From positions 9,823 through 73,822 of IMG/VR virus record IMGVR_UViG_2574180442_000002: a stretch of DNA of 64,000 nucleotides. One strand, 5' to 3'. Positions 25,176 to 34,730 of the stretch are shown here, in pieces. Position numbers and translations under genes: made by a program. The stretch comes from a virus. A model generated the notes under the pieces. That model had not been told where the DNA came from. It searched no databases and saw nothing but the letters and a program-made list of their open reading frames with translations. Numbering within the stretch: position 1 is the stretch's first letter; each line of letters starts with the position of its first letter.

Positions 25176-26840
25176 ATGAGTACCGCTTTCGTGCGACAAC
25201 TGGGTTCGGAATCCGGCGTGCAGCTCAACCCGCTGCGCGACGCTTCCGAAATCCCGACCACCGACAACTCCGATCAGGTGTTCGCCATCATGATGCGGGC
25301 CACCCGTGGCCGCATCGACAAGCCGTTCGCCGTTGATCGCGGCAACGTGTTCAAGAAGCTGGGCAGTGGCGAACAGGTGCGCCTGTCCGCGCTCAACGAG
25401 GCGTGGGTGCATGTGGTGGAAGCCCTGAACAAGGGCGCCTACCAAGCCATCGTCCAGCGTCTGAGCACGTCGGCCGCAACCATCAAGTACGCCGTCGTGG
25501 CGGCCGAGATGAGCACCGGCGAAACCCCGGCCCCGACCGGCAATTTCACCTTCACCGTGTCCGAAGACCTGCCGGCCACGCCGTACCTGTTCGCCGTCAA
25601 GCACTTGGAATGCTTCAACGACGGCATCGTGCTGGAGTTCCGTGCCGAGGAAGTTACCTCCGGCGGGCTGCCGGCCGACAACGACAAGCTGACCCTGCGC
25701 TTGCGCGACAAGGATGGCAACCTGCTGTACGAGTTCTACGGCTCGCTGAAAAACGACGCCAAGGACGACTATGGCAACTCGGCCTACCTGCCCGACGTGG
25801 CGCTGGCGCAGACCGACGCGGTGGAAATCACCACGGGCGTCACCGGCGCCTCGGCCGTGGTCGACTCCGATTCTGTCGCCTACGGCTACGACGCCAACGG
25901 GCAGCAGAAGTGGGCGAAGTCCGGCACGATGGTGTGCTTCACCGAGGGCGGCACGGCGTACACCACCCAGGACTACATGGCGGCGCGCGACAAGCTGCAA
26001 TACACGCAGTTCGATTACGCCTACATCTCGTCTGGTGGCACGCAGGCCCCGGCCCTGCTGGCGCAGCTCGCCCAGCTCGCGTTCGACACGAACCGCCAGC
26101 TCCGTTTCGGCATTCCGGGCAACCTGGCGCCGGAGGCGGTCGTCGCGTTCGTGAATCAGCTCAACATGGGTGCCAGCCAGACCGCGCACCTGATGCACGC
26201 CTTCTGGGCGCCGCTGAAGAGCGACGACCCGACCGGCATCAACCCGCACGGCTACTTCGGCACCGAGACGCTGAACATTGCCTACGGCTGCGGCCGCAAC
26301 GCCCAGAAGAACGCCAAGGGCTTCGCGCCGAAGAACTACCCCATCGCGGGCCGGGAATGGCCGCTCCAGCGCACGCGCATCGTGCAGACCTACTCGCCGA
26401 CCAATCAGGAACTCAACCTGCTGGCGCGGGCGAAGATCAACCCGGTCATCTACGAAACCTACACGGGCGGCGGCCGCTACGTTTTCCGCGATTCGCTGAC
26501 CTGCGCGCTGGTCGAGTCGAGCCTGAAGAAGCTGATCGCGGTGGCGGACATGTCCACCAGCATCGACGAGTCCGTGACGCGCGCGGCCAAGGACTTCCTG
26601 CAACTTCCGATGGACGTGTCCGTGAAGAAGATGCGGGACTTCCTGACCACGCTGTTCGAGGGTGCGCAGGCGTCCGGCTGGCTGGCACCGTCCAACGACC
26701 CGCAGATGAACGGCGCGGCCTGGGCCTACGACGTGCGCCCGAACGAGCAGCGCCCCTATGACGCGATGGACGTGTCGTACTGGCTCCGCTACGACGGCAC
26801 GAACCGCCAGACCTTCGTCACCCAGACGCTGACCAAGTAA
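25176..26840 (+). CDS. Contractile tail sheath protein (P1 gp22-like)
   Basis: 554 aa; C-terminal LNLLARAKINPV...FRDSLT...SMVKKMRDFL-type sheath signature (VSVKKMRDFL). Confidence 0.8.
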   Translation: MSTAFVRQLGSESGVQLNPLRDASEIPTTDNSDQVFAIMMRATRGRIDKPFAVDRGNVFKKLGSGEQVRLSALNEAWVHVVEALNKGAYQAIVQRLSTSAATIKYAVVAAEMSTGETPAPTGNFTFTVSEDLPATPYLFAVKHLECFNDGIVLEFRAEEVTSGGLPADNDKLTLRLRDKDGNLLYEFYGSLKNDAKDDYGNSAYLPDVALAQTDAVEITTGVTGASAVVDSDSVAYGYDANGQQKWAKSGTMVCFTEGGTAYTTQDYMAARDKLQYTQFDYAYISSGGTQAPALLAQLAQLAFDTNRQLRFGIPGNLAPEAVVAFVNQLNMGASQTAHLMHAFWAPLKSDDPTGINPHGYFGTETLNIAYGCGRNAQKNAKGFAPKNYPIAGREWPLQRTRIVQTYSPTNQELNLLARAKINPVIYETYTGGGRYVFRDSLTCALVESSLKKLIAVADMSTSIDESVTRAAKDFLQLPMDVSVKKMRDFLTTLFEGAQASGWLAPSNDPQMNGAAWAYDVRPNEQRPYDAMDVSYWLRYDGTNRQTFVTQTLTK

Positions 26841-26864
26841 CCCATCACCGAGAAGGACATCAAC

Positions 26865-27539
26865 ATGAGCATGAGCGAACTGTTGCGCGGGGCGATGAAG
26901 CGCCGCGAACCCGTCAAGGTGCTGGACTCGACCGGCGACGCGCCGGCGCTGTCCGGCGCCGACGACTACACCATCCGCGACATCTCGCTGTCGGCCATCG
27001 CGGCCGTGCAGCAGTGGGCGGAAACCGACGACCTGGACGACGGCGAAAGCTACTCCGACCGCCTGCTGGCCCTCTTCGTGGGCATCGCCGACGCCAACCA
27101 CGACGGCGACATCACCGAGGACGAACAGGGCGTGCTGGAAGTGGCGCTCAACTCAGCCTGGGATTACCTGGTCAAGGCTGGCGTCACCGAGGAAGACGCC
27201 GGCGCGCTGCTGAACGACTGGGACGATGACGCGGCCGACCGCGTGCGCGACCTGGTGGCCTCTGTGCTGCCGGATGGCGACGACGAGGCCGGCGCCGAGC
27301 TGGACGGCTTCGTGTTCTCGGACGACGACAACGCCCCGGCGCTCGACGCGGTGTATCGCAAGACGCTGGCCGTGCGCGGCGGGAAGAAGGTGCGTATCAA
27401 CAAGCGCGTCTCTGGCACCGTGCGCCTGTCGGCCAAGCAGAAGCTCGCCATCCGCAAGGCCCGCATGAAGAGCCATTCCGCCGGCGCCATGATGCGCCGT
27501 CTGAAGTCGATGCGCCTGCGTCGCAAGGCTGGCCTGTAA
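26865..27539 (+). CDS. Putative prohead core/scaffold protein with EF-hand-like loop and basic C-terminus
   Basis: Acidic body, very basic tail (RKARMKSHSAGAMMRRLKSMRLRRKAGL) like T4 gp68-type core proteins; DANHDGDITEDE loop; VLDS and ALDA motifs. Confidence 0.55.
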   Translation: MSMSELLRGAMKRREPVKVLDSTGDAPALSGADDYTIRDISLSAIAAVQQWAETDDLDDGESYSDRLLALFVGIADANHDGDITEDEQGVLEVALNSAWDYLVKAGVTEEDAGALLNDWDDDAADRVRDLVASVLPDGDDEAGAELDGFVFSDDDNAPALDAVYRKTLAVRGGKKVRINKRVSGTVRLSAKQKLAIRKARMKSHSAGAMMRRLKSMRLRRKAGL

Positions 27540-27601
27540 CCGCTGCTCCGAGGGGGACTTGGGCGCTGCTGTGCTGTTGACGGTAGCGCCCTTTTTTCGA
27601 T

Positions 27602-28414
27602 ATGGCGACCATTCCATCCATCGGCCAAGCGGCCACCTTGGGCGCGAACGCCCTGACTTCCATCTGGGACGGCCTTTCTCCGCACCTGATCGCTACCTTC
27701 TACGAGGTAGCGAAGACGGGCGATGACGCCTGGGATCGCATCGAGGGCAAGACCGACCCCATTGCGGTCATGGCGCCTCTGACCGACGCCAACCTGGAGA
27801 TGGTGCTCAACTGGCAAAGCCCGTTCGAGCAGGCCGGCCCGGAATCGAAGGCGCCGGCGCTGATGGCGATGCTGCAATCCGGCGCGCTCCAGCCTGTGGT
27901 CGATGCGGTCATGGGCAAGTCCAAGGAAGGCACCGCGCAGCAGAAGTCCAACGAGTTCCTCAAGCAGTTCGAGGGGCGCACTGGCATCACGAAGCTGAAC
28001 AGCACGCAGGTGTTCAACGGGATGCCGCCCGTCAAGATCACGGTGACGGTCTTGTTCAGGGCCTGGCGCGACACTGCCAGCGAGGTCGAGGCCCCGTTCA
28101 ACAAGCTGATGGAGTGGGCCTTGCCCATCGAGCTGTCGAAAGACGGTTCCGTGCTCGCGCGCGCGGCGGAGACGGCCAAGGGCGACATGGGCTATGTCGA
28201 GGCACTGATGCCGTCGAAAGCCCCGACCCGGATTGCCCTGAAATACAAGGGCCGCATCTTCTCGCCGCTGGTGATCGAGTCCATCGGAATGCCGCTCAAT
28301 TCCCCGGTGGATGCGAATGGGCGCTTCGTCCAGCTCGCCGTCCCCATGACTCTCTGCACGCTGACCGCGCTCGACCGCAAGGACTGGAGCAATTCGGCGG
28401 TCGTTTCCATGTAG
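27602..28414 (+). CDS. Tail tube initiator/baseplate protein (tentative)
   Basis: Tail cluster; tube-like beta pattern (QVFNGMPPVKITVTVLFRAW). Confidence 0.55.
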   Translation: MATIPSIGQAATLGANALTSIWDGLSPHLIATFYEVAKTGDDAWDRIEGKTDPIAVMAPLTDANLEMVLNWQSPFEQAGPESKAPALMAMLQSGALQPVVDAVMGKSKEGTAQQKSNEFLKQFEGRTGITKLNSTQVFNGMPPVKITVTVLFRAWRDTASEVEAPFNKLMEWALPIELSKDGSVLARAAETAKGDMGYVEALMPSKAPTRIALKYKGRIFSPLVIESIGMPLNSPVDANGRFVQLAVPMTLCTLTALDRKDWSNSAVVSM

Positions 28415-28426
28415 GAGCACCCACCG

Positions 28427-29212
28427 ATGATTCACTTTCCCCTGCTGCGCACGCGACGCCTGACGGTGCAACTGCGCGAGCTTTCCATCAGCGAGTCCGT
28501 CGCCGTCGCAGGGATGCCTGCGCACTTCTCGGAGGCCGAATGCACCGCGTTCTTGCGCGCCGCTGTCCAATCCGCGCAGGGTATCGACGACCCGGCCGGC
28601 TGGACGGTGCAGGAGCGCATGTTAGCCGTGGCGCACTACCTGGCGGCCACGGCCGAGGACGGCCCTGACTTCGCCCTGGGCGAGGGCCGCTATTCGGACT
28701 ACCTGGACGGCGCGAACGACATCCAGACCCAGACCCAGCAGGTCGAGGTGGGCGAGGTAGGCGGCGATGCCTGGAGCATCCGTCACCTGACCGGCTCGAT
28801 GGCCGAATCCATCGAGCGCATGGCGGGCGAGGTACTGGACGCCTCGGGCAATCCGCTGTCTGGCCGACTGCATTGGATTCTGGGTGCGATGGCCGCGCAG
28901 ATGGTGCGCTCGGGCGAAAGCGTGCCGGGCGCCGACCTGGCGGAGGGCGCGTTCGACGAGTTTCTGGTGGCGCGCATGAAGATCATGAGCGCCTTCCCCG
29001 AAAGCGACTTCTCCGCGCTGATGGCTCTCTACTTCGCCGGCCGCGAGAAGCTGCACCACCTGTTCAAGATCGAGTTCAGCAAGGACGGCATCGTGGCTAT
29101 GCCGAAAGGAGGGGCGGCAGCGAACCTGCCGCCGGCCCGATTTCCGGTACGTTCCTGTCTCTCCCGTGTCGCGCTTGAACTGGTCGGAAAACCTGCTGAA
29201 TCTGGCCTCTAG
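28427..29212 (+). CDS. P1 gp24-like tail assembly protein
   Basis: MIHFPLLRTRRLTVQLRELSI... N-terminus and 261-aa size resemble recalled P1 gp24. Confidence 0.55.
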   Translation: MIHFPLLRTRRLTVQLRELSISESVAVAGMPAHFSEAECTAFLRAAVQSAQGIDDPAGWTVQERMLAVAHYLAATAEDGPDFALGEGRYSDYLDGANDIQTQTQQVEVGEVGGDAWSIRHLTGSMAESIERMAGEVLDASGNPLSGRLHWILGAMAAQMVRSGESVPGADLAEGAFDEFLVARMKIMSAFPESDFSALMALYFAGREKLHHLFKIEFSKDGIVAMPKGGAAANLPPARFPVRSCLSRVALELVGKPAESGL

Positions 29213-29423
29213 CCTCACCCTATATTCCTCAACATCCCTGGCCGACGCATTGCAAATGCAGCCAAGCACGGTCAGGAAATTCTTTGAGGGCAAGCCGTTC
29301 GACGACTGGAAAAAAGGAAGGGAGTCCGAATTGAAAACGCAGGCGGCAATTGTGAACCGACTTAACGACGTTATCCGCGCCTGCGGCATCGTCGCTAAGA
29401 CCATTGCGAGGACTCCACGATGA
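29166..29423 (+). CDS. Small hypothetical tail-associated protein
   Basis: Overlaps end of gp24-like gene; protein-like sequence; start uncertain. Confidence 0.45.
   Translation: MSRLNWSENLLNLASSLTLYSSTSLADALQMQPSTVRKFFEGKPFDDWKKGRESELKTQAAIVNRLNDVIRACGIVAKTIARTPR
29185..29226 (+). promoter_or_regulatory. Late promoter 4 (CGGAAAA-N29-TATATT), upstream of lysis cassette
   Basis: Same spacing, best -10 match; intragenic, about 200 nt before the first lysis gene. Confidence 0.7.
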
Positions 29424-29698
29424 CCGAGAGAACATCCCAGCACGATGAGCACTGTTTGCCCACCGATGTTGTTTCCGCCCGTGCGGCAGACCGTGCAGTG
29501 AAGAAGGTCTTCGCCATTCTTGGTGTCGATGTCGATAGGCCGGAGAGTGTCGAGGAATTCCGCGCCGATCTTCGCTTCGGCAGGAAACTGCGCAAGATCG
29601 CCGACCACGGAACCCTGGCCTTCATCGGCGTGGTAGCGGCAGCGCTGGCTGCTGCGGTGTGGGCCGGAATCGTCTCGAACATTTCTGGGGGTAAATGA
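29420..29698 (+). CDS. Putative holin/antiholin (one C-terminal TM)
   Basis: LAFIGVVAAALAAAVWAGIV TM segment; coupled to endolysin. Confidence 0.55.
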   Translation: MTERTSQHDEHCLPTDVVSARAADRAVKKVFAILGVDVDRPESVEEFRADLRFGRKLRKIADHGTLAFIGVVAAALAAAVWAGIVSNISGGK

Positions 29699-30189
29699 TG
29701 AATTTCGACATTGCGTTCGAGCGCCTGATTGGGCACGAGGGCGGTTATGTGAACCACCCGGAAGACCCCGGCGGCGAAACCAACTGGGGCATCACGCTGC
29801 GCACCGCGCGCGAGGCTGGCTACACCGGCTCCATGCGCGACCTGACGCGCGAGCAGGCCAAGGAAATCTACCGGGTGGCCTACTGGGGACGTGCCAAAGC
29901 GGAACAGTACGACGGGGCCGTCGCCTTTCAGGTGTTCGATGCCGCCGTGAATCATGGAATCGGCCAGGCCATCCGCTTCCTTCAGCGCGCCGTAGGCGTG
30001 GCTGACGATGGCGCGATTGGCCCGGTGACGCTCGCAGCGGTGCGCGCCATGTCTGTGACGGACGTGCTCGCGCGCTTCAATGCGGAGCGCCTGGACTTCT
30101 ACACGAAGCTCTCGACCTGGCCGACGTTCGGCAAGGGCTGGGCGCGGCGGGTGGTGGGCAACCTGAAATATGCGGCGGAGGATGCGTAA
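29695..30189 (+). CDS. Endolysin, glycoside hydrolase family 108 with PG-binding domain
   Basis: LIGHEGGYVNHPEDPGGETNWGIT, FDAAVNHG, TFGKGWARR motifs. Confidence 0.95.
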   Translation: MMNFDIAFERLIGHEGGYVNHPEDPGGETNWGITLRTAREAGYTGSMRDLTREQAKEIYRVAYWGRAKAEQYDGAVAFQVFDAAVNHGIGQAIRFLQRAVGVADDGAIGPVTLAAVRAMSVTDVLARFNAERLDFYTKLSTWPTFGKGWARRVVGNLKYAAEDA

Positions 30190-30791
30190 TGGACTGGAAA
30201 GACGTTGCTGGGGTCGTCGGTAAGGCGGCCCCCATCCTGGGCGGCATCCTGGGCGGGCCGGCCGGCGCCGCCGTGGGCAGCCTTGTTGCTACGGCGCTGG
30301 GCACGGATGCCACGCCCGACGCGGTTTCCACCGCGCTGCTGGGCGACCCGGACGCGGCCGTCAAGCTCAAGGAGCTGGAGGTCAATTCCAAGGTGCAGCT
30401 CCAGCAACTCGCCGTGAGCGCGGAACAGAACCGCCTGCAAGCTGCCGCCGCGCAGTACGCAGCCGAGGCGTCCGACCGCGACAGCGCGCGCAAGCTGGCC
30501 GCGCAGCAGCCCAAAGACTGGGTGCGCCCGTCCATCACCGTCCTGTTGTTGCTGGGTGCCGGCGGAATCGTGTTTTTCGTGTTCTCCGGCATGGCCGACA
30601 CGCTGCTGCGCGACGCCACGGCGAGCCTGACCATCGGCACCATCGTGGGCTACTGGTTCAACGAACTGAAGCAGGTGCTCGCGTTCTGGTTCGGCACCAC
30701 GGGCGAGTCCCAACGCACGAACGCCGAGGTGCGGCAGTTCGCGGTTTCGCCGGGCACGGTGACGGTCGAACCGACCCCGCCGCACAAGTAG
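30189..30791 (+). CDS. Holin-like membrane protein
   Basis: Gly-rich hydrophobic N-terminus, RDSARK, two C-terminal TM segments ending FWFG; follows endolysin. Confidence 0.7.
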   Translation: MDWKDVAGVVGKAAPILGGILGGPAGAAVGSLVATALGTDATPDAVSTALLGDPDAAVKLKELEVNSKVQLQQLAVSAEQNRLQAAAAQYAAEASDRDSARKLAAQQPKDWVRPSITVLLLLGAGGIVFFVFSGMADTLLRDATASLTIGTIVGYWFNELKQVLAFWFGTTGESQRTNAEVRQFAVSPGTVTVEPTPPHK

Positions 30792-30831
30792 CCGGCTGGC
30801 CGGCGAAACGGCTGCCATCCCTGCCGGCAGC

Positions 30832-30873
30832 CGGAAAACTGGGCCAGGAAACGCGACAGCCGGGCCATAAAGT
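30832..30873 (+). promoter_or_regulatory. Late promoter 5 (CGGAAAA-N29-TAAAGT)
   Basis: Same spacing; upstream of tail tube gene. Confidence 0.8.
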
Positions 30874-30914
30874 GCAGGGGTGAATCCCATCACACCGAAC
30901 CGAAAGGACACGAA

Positions 30915-31436
30915 ATGACTGTTTCCAATGCCGCCTATCTCAAGGGCTTCTATGACCAGACCCGCGCCATGGGCGCCAAGGTCATTTCCAGTGACTTCAC
31001 CTTCGAGATTGAAGGCTTTGAAGGCAATTTCCTGCTGTGCAAGCAGGCACCGTGGCCCGAGCTGTCTTCGGCAGGTGAAATCGAAATCCCGACGCCGCTT
31101 GGCGCCACGATGTGGCAGCCGCAGCAACTGAAGGTTGCCCAGCAAGGGCAAATCTCCATGTTCGAGACGATTGCCGGCAATATCGACCAGATGCTGGTCA
31201 ACCTCATCACGCGCGGGGGCACCTACGCCAGCGGCGGCGCCACCTTCAACGCCAAGATTTACGAGGGCACGCCCCAGAAGTTCCTGCGCGCCAAGCGCAT
31301 CGTCGATGCGTTCATTCAGATGGACGTGCCTGACCGCGACTGGGAGAACCGCTCGCAGCCGCTGACCTTCAGTGGCACGCTGTTCTACCACTACTTCGGC
31401 GAAATCATCGCCGGCAACTCGGGCGACTACCGGTAA
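30915..31436 (+). CDS. bplB: Tail tube protein, P1 BplB-like
   Basis: YLKGFYDQTRAMGAKVISSDFTFEIEG aligns with recalled P1 BplB FIKGRYTANAAKGERLVSSEFLLTFAG; similar length. Confidence 0.75.
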   Translation: MTVSNAAYLKGFYDQTRAMGAKVISSDFTFEIEGFEGNFLLCKQAPWPELSSAGEIEIPTPLGATMWQPQQLKVAQQGQISMFETIAGNIDQMLVNLITRGGTYASGGATFNAKIYEGTPQKFLRAKRIVDAFIQMDVPDRDWENRSQPLTFSGTLFYHYFGEIIAGNSGDYR

Positions 31437-31819
31437 TGGCGAAGCTGGCCGACCTGGCGCAGACCTTCGCCACGCAAGAGCGGCCGGCCGGCAACCTGCT
31501 GGACGATGAAACGGTGCTGGCGCAGGCCGTCGCGGCGACCCGGATCTATGCCGGGTTCGCCGCATTGCGCGCGCACGAGGGCGCCGACCCCGTGCCCGAC
31601 ATCGACGGCGACACCAACATCACCACGTCCGAATGGGCGCTGATTCGGCCCCTCTTCATGCTCTACGCGGAGCGGGAGACGGCCTTGCAGCTCGAAGCCT
31701 CGCGCGGCATGGGCATCGACCCGTTCGGCCGCTCGGCCAGCGAAATCGCGGCCGAAGTCGCCCAGGCCGAGGCCGACATGCCGCATAGGGCCTTCTGCCA
31801 GCCCATCATCACCGTGTAG
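31436..31819 (+). CDS. Small morphogenesis protein (PmgF position)
   Basis: Coupled to bplB as in P1; function tentative. Confidence 0.55.
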   Translation: MAKLADLAQTFATQERPAGNLLDDETVLAQAVAATRIYAGFAALRAHEGADPVPDIDGDTNITTSEWALIRPLFMLYAERETALQLEASRGMGIDPFGRSASEIAAEVAQAEADMPHRAFCQPIITV

Positions 31820-31828
31820 GGGTGGGCC

Positions 31829-32728
31829 GTGATTCTCTTCCTCGCCGACGGCAAGCAAATTCGCGGCGACCTCATCAAGTCCGCCGTGCTCCGCTCCGAC
31901 CTGGCGCCGGTGCCGATGACGCTGGAAGCGGACATTCGGGCTGGTGACGCCAGCCTAGACAAGGCCCTGGCCGAAGGGCAAACCCTCTCCATCAGCAGTG
32001 GCGACGCGCTGCACATCGTCAAGTCCGTGCGCGTGGCCGAGCGCAGCGCGCAAGGCGAGCGCGAGATGGCGGGCTACCGCATCACGGCGCTGCTGGATTC
32101 TTGCCTTGGTGTTGCCTACGTGCGCAGCCGCGCCATCATCAAGGAAAGCGCGGCCCTGTCGGCGATCTACAAGGCCGCCGGCGCCACGATCAAGGCGGTG
32201 GATGCCGATTTCCCCGTGCCGCGCTTTTACTGTCCCGTGGGCGAGACGCCGACCTTCCACATTGCTCGCGTGCTGCAAGAGGAAGGCGGCGTGGTGCGCT
32301 GGAAGACGGGCCGACTCCAGTTCGTCCGGCTGCCCGATCTGTTCAAGCAGTCGCCCGTCAAGACGCTGCCCGATAACGCATCCGACGACGTGGATGGGGG
32401 CTTTCTGGAGCGCCACGAGGTTCCCTGGTTCTTCTCCCTGGACGCCAACGGCGCTGCCGTGTTCGGCAACCGCGAGAAGCCGCGCACGGTGCGTTACGCC
32501 CCATTCAAGGATGCCCAGCGCCTGCGCAACATGACGCGCTGCCTGGTGCATCGGAAGACCGTGCGTATCGACTACGACGGCCGCATCGGCGCGGGCGACC
32601 TGATCACCTTTACTGGTGGCGAAAAGCTGGTGGTCGTCACGGCCGCGCACGTCTTCGGCAGCGGCACCGACGACGGCGGCGCCAGCGACACCTATACCCG
32701 GCTCTGGCTGGGCGCACTGGAGGAATGA
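31829..32728 (+). CDS. Baseplate hub protein (P1 gp6-like)
   Basis: Precedes spike gene; size and position. Confidence 0.6.
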   Translation: MILFLADGKQIRGDLIKSAVLRSDLAPVPMTLEADIRAGDASLDKALAEGQTLSISSGDALHIVKSVRVAERSAQGEREMAGYRITALLDSCLGVAYVRSRAIIKESAALSAIYKAAGATIKAVDADFPVPRFYCPVGETPTFHIARVLQEEGGVVRWKTGRLQFVRLPDLFKQSPVKTLPDNASDDVDGGFLERHEVPWFFSLDANGAAVFGNREKPRTVRYAPFKDAQRLRNMTRCLVHRKTVRIDYDGRIGAGDLITFTGGEKLVVVTAAHVFGSGTDDGGASDTYTRLWLGALEE

Positions 32729-33144
32729 TGGAATACGGCCTCATGCCCGGCCGATACCCGGCCATCGTGCGCAGCTACAGCCAGGCTAGGCGGACGTGCC
32801 GTGTCGAGATTCCGGGCCTGACTGATGGCGCCGACGTGTTGCCCGAGGCGGAAATCGAATACCCCATCGGGGACAAGTCGCGCGCGGGAGCGAACACCAC
32901 CGAAATCGAGATGCTGGCCGGCGATACCGTCTGGATTGCCTTCGTGGGCGGCGACCCGCGCTACCCGGTCATCACCGGATACCGGAACCCGCAGGCGGGC
33001 AACTCGGCAGACTGGCGGCGCTGGCACCATCGGAACATCGAGTTGCTGGCCGACGGCACCATGCGCCTGGCCGTCGGGCCGTCCGAAATCGTGCTGACCC
33101 AGGGTGGCATCGCCATTCGCGGCCCGCGCATCGACCTGAACTGA
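32725..33144 (+). CDS. Baseplate spike protein (gpV/gp5 OB-fold)
   Basis: YPAIV...CRVEIPG...GDTVWIAFVGGDPRYPVITG motif. Confidence 0.85.
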   Translation: MMEYGLMPGRYPAIVRSYSQARRTCRVEIPGLTDGADVLPEAEIEYPIGDKSRAGANTTEIEMLAGDTVWIAFVGGDPRYPVITGYRNPQAGNSADWRRWHHRNIELLADGTMRLAVGPSEIVLTQGGIAIRGPRIDLN

Positions 33145-33145
33145 C

Positions 33146-33643
33146 ATGCCCCTGACCTGGACGCCCGACCCGGCTACCGTGCCCTGGCATGACGTGCAGG
33201 CCGACGAGGTTTGGACAGAAGGCCCGATCACGGCCGCCGATGCCGAGGCGCTGCTGACGGTGACGGGGTATAGCTGCGAGGTCGTCGGGCTGGAGCCGCT
33301 GCCGGGCCTGCTCGTCCAGGCCGACGCCGCCGGCGTCACCGCGTCGGCGCCGAAGGCTCTGGCCGGCGTATTTCCGCCGCTGGACATCGAGTACCAGATC
33401 AAGGGCGTCACCGGGCACTGCGCGGCGTTCGCCGACTTGCCAGCCGAGGCCGACGAGGTAATCCGTTTCGTGCCCAACCCGGCCAACACGAAGGATTGGA
33501 CGCTGCGCGTGACGGCGCACTGCGCTGATGCCCTGACCGGGGCCGCCCAGGACTTCACCGCCGATTTCATCCTGCGCGTCTGGGCCAACTTCGACCCTGG
33601 CCGCGACGCACTCAAGGAGGCCGTCAATGCCCGCCGCCGCTAG
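33146..33643 (+). CDS. Hypothetical baseplate-associated protein
   Basis: Coupled between spike and PAAR genes. Confidence 0.6.
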   Translation: MPLTWTPDPATVPWHDVQADEVWTEGPITAADAEALLTVTGYSCEVVGLEPLPGLLVQADAAGVTASAPKALAGVFPPLDIEYQIKGVTGHCAAFADLPAEADEVIRFVPNPANTKDWTLRVTAHCADALTGAAQDFTADFILRVWANFDPGRDALKEAVNARRR

Positions 33644-33914
33644 ATTCGGAGACACCTGCACCGGCCACGGATGCTTCCCCGCGCGCGCGAACGATCAGGC
33701 GTCCGAGGACGTGTTCATCAATGGCCTGGGCGCGCACCGCCAGGGTGATCACTGGCAGTCCCATTGCTGCGGCCCAACGTGCCATGACTCGGCCCTGGCT
33801 GCCGGCTCGGGAACGGTATTCGTGAATGGGAAGCCGCTCGGCCGTATCGGCGATTCGGTTGCGTGCGGGAGCGCCGTCGCCAGCGGCTCGGGCGACGTGT
33901 TCGCCGGCGGCTGA
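33627..33914 (+). CDS. PAAR-domain spike tip protein
   Basis: MPAAARFGD.CTGH...VFINGLGAHRQGD...VFVNGKPLGRIGD..ACG..VASGSGDVF. Confidence 0.9.
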   Translation: MPAAARFGDTCTGHGCFPARANDQASEDVFINGLGAHRQGDHWQSHCCGPTCHDSALAAGSGTVFVNGKPLGRIGDSVACGSAVASGSGDVFAGG

Positions 33915-33918
33915 CCAT

Positions 33919-33960
33919 CGGAAAACCCAGCGCGGAAGTGGGCCTGCCTGGTTCCACAAT
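33919..33960 (+). promoter_or_regulatory. Late promoter 6 (CGGAAAA-N29-CACAAT)
   Basis: Same spacing; upstream of hdf. Confidence 0.8.
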
Positions 33961-33996
33961 GCACGCAGTTAGATCGCCCCTGGGAAAGACGCCACC

Positions 33997-34491
33997 ATGA
34001 AGAACCTGCTTTTCAGCTTTGAAGACCTGTCGGCCAAGGACAAGGCGGCCAAGCAGGCCGCCCGCTACTTCTCGCGCGCCGGCGCGAACGTCGTCCAGCA
34101 GGACGTGCCCACGGCGGTGAAGCGTTCGTCGGGCATTACCTACCGGGAAATGGCACTGACCTTCGCCGACTCGCAGCAGGTCGTGCTGCGTATCAAGCAA
34201 TCGGGCGACATCTTCCAGGTGCTGCTCAACGGCAAGGTGCTGCCGATCAAGAACCAGGACGACCATGTGAAGGCCATCGCCGAAATCGTGCAGGCGATGG
34301 ACGCGGGCCGTTCCCGCTTCCAGAAACTGCTGGCCGCCGCCCAGGCGCGCCCGCCGGCAGGCATCCGCACCGCCGCGCCGAAGATGGAACAGGTGCTCAC
34401 CGAGAAGCGCGACGCCCTGAAGGCCGCCATCGCCGAGGTGCGCAGCCAGATCGAGGCCATCAAGGGCACCGCTGCACCGGCGGCCGCTTGA
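33997..34491 (+). CDS. hdf: Hdf-like (DarA_N domain) antirestriction/head protein
   Basis: Similar to the DarA N-terminal domain (LTFADSQQV...GDIFQVLLNGK vs FELSDGQTV...WLLNKK); upstream of darA as in P1. Confidence 0.7.
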   Translation: MKNLLFSFEDLSAKDKAAKQAARYFSRAGANVVQQDVPTAVKRSSGITYREMALTFADSQQVVLRIKQSGDIFQVLLNGKVLPIKNQDDHVKAIAEIVQAMDAGRSRFQKLLAAAQARPPAGIRTAAPKMEQVLTEKRDALKAAIAEVRSQIEAIKGTAAPAAA

Positions 34492-34679
34492 TGACGCCTG
34501 CCGAAATCGTCGCGCGCCTGCGTGCCGTGGCCGCCGACATGGAATCCCTGGGCGCGGCGATGGACTACTTCGGTGGCTTCAACGGGCGCATGACGCAACA
34601 CGGCCGCGAGATGGTGGGGGCGGCCGGAATCGCCCGCGAGTGGGCCGACGAGATAGAGGCCGAAGCTCCGCCCCAATAG
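34488..34679 (+). CDS. Small hypothetical protein between hdf and darA
   Basis: Coupled to hdf stop. Confidence 0.55.
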   Translation: MMTPAEIVARLRAVAADMESLGAAMDYFGGFNGRMTQHGREMVGAAGIAREWADEIEAEAPPQ

Positions 34680-34681
34680 GG

Positions 34682-34723
34682 CGGAAAACGCCCCGATTTC
34701 CGCTCCAGGCCGGGCCATACCAT
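34682..34723 (+). promoter_or_regulatory. Late promoter 7 (CGGAAAA-N29-TACCAT)
   Basis: Same spacing; ATG at 34731 is 7 nt after the -10 box. Confidence 0.8.
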
Positions 34724-34730
34724 GCCCTGC

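Noticed and set aside
22236-27101. 1621-aa ORF on the - strand
   Set aside because: Shadow frame opposite capsid/sheath genes caused by high-GC codon bias; no recognisable motifs.
29166-29212. Programmed frameshift joining the gp24-like gene to ORF 29166-29423
   Set aside because: The downstream ORF is in the +1/-2 frame; the GGAAAAC run would give -1 and is better explained as late promoter 4.
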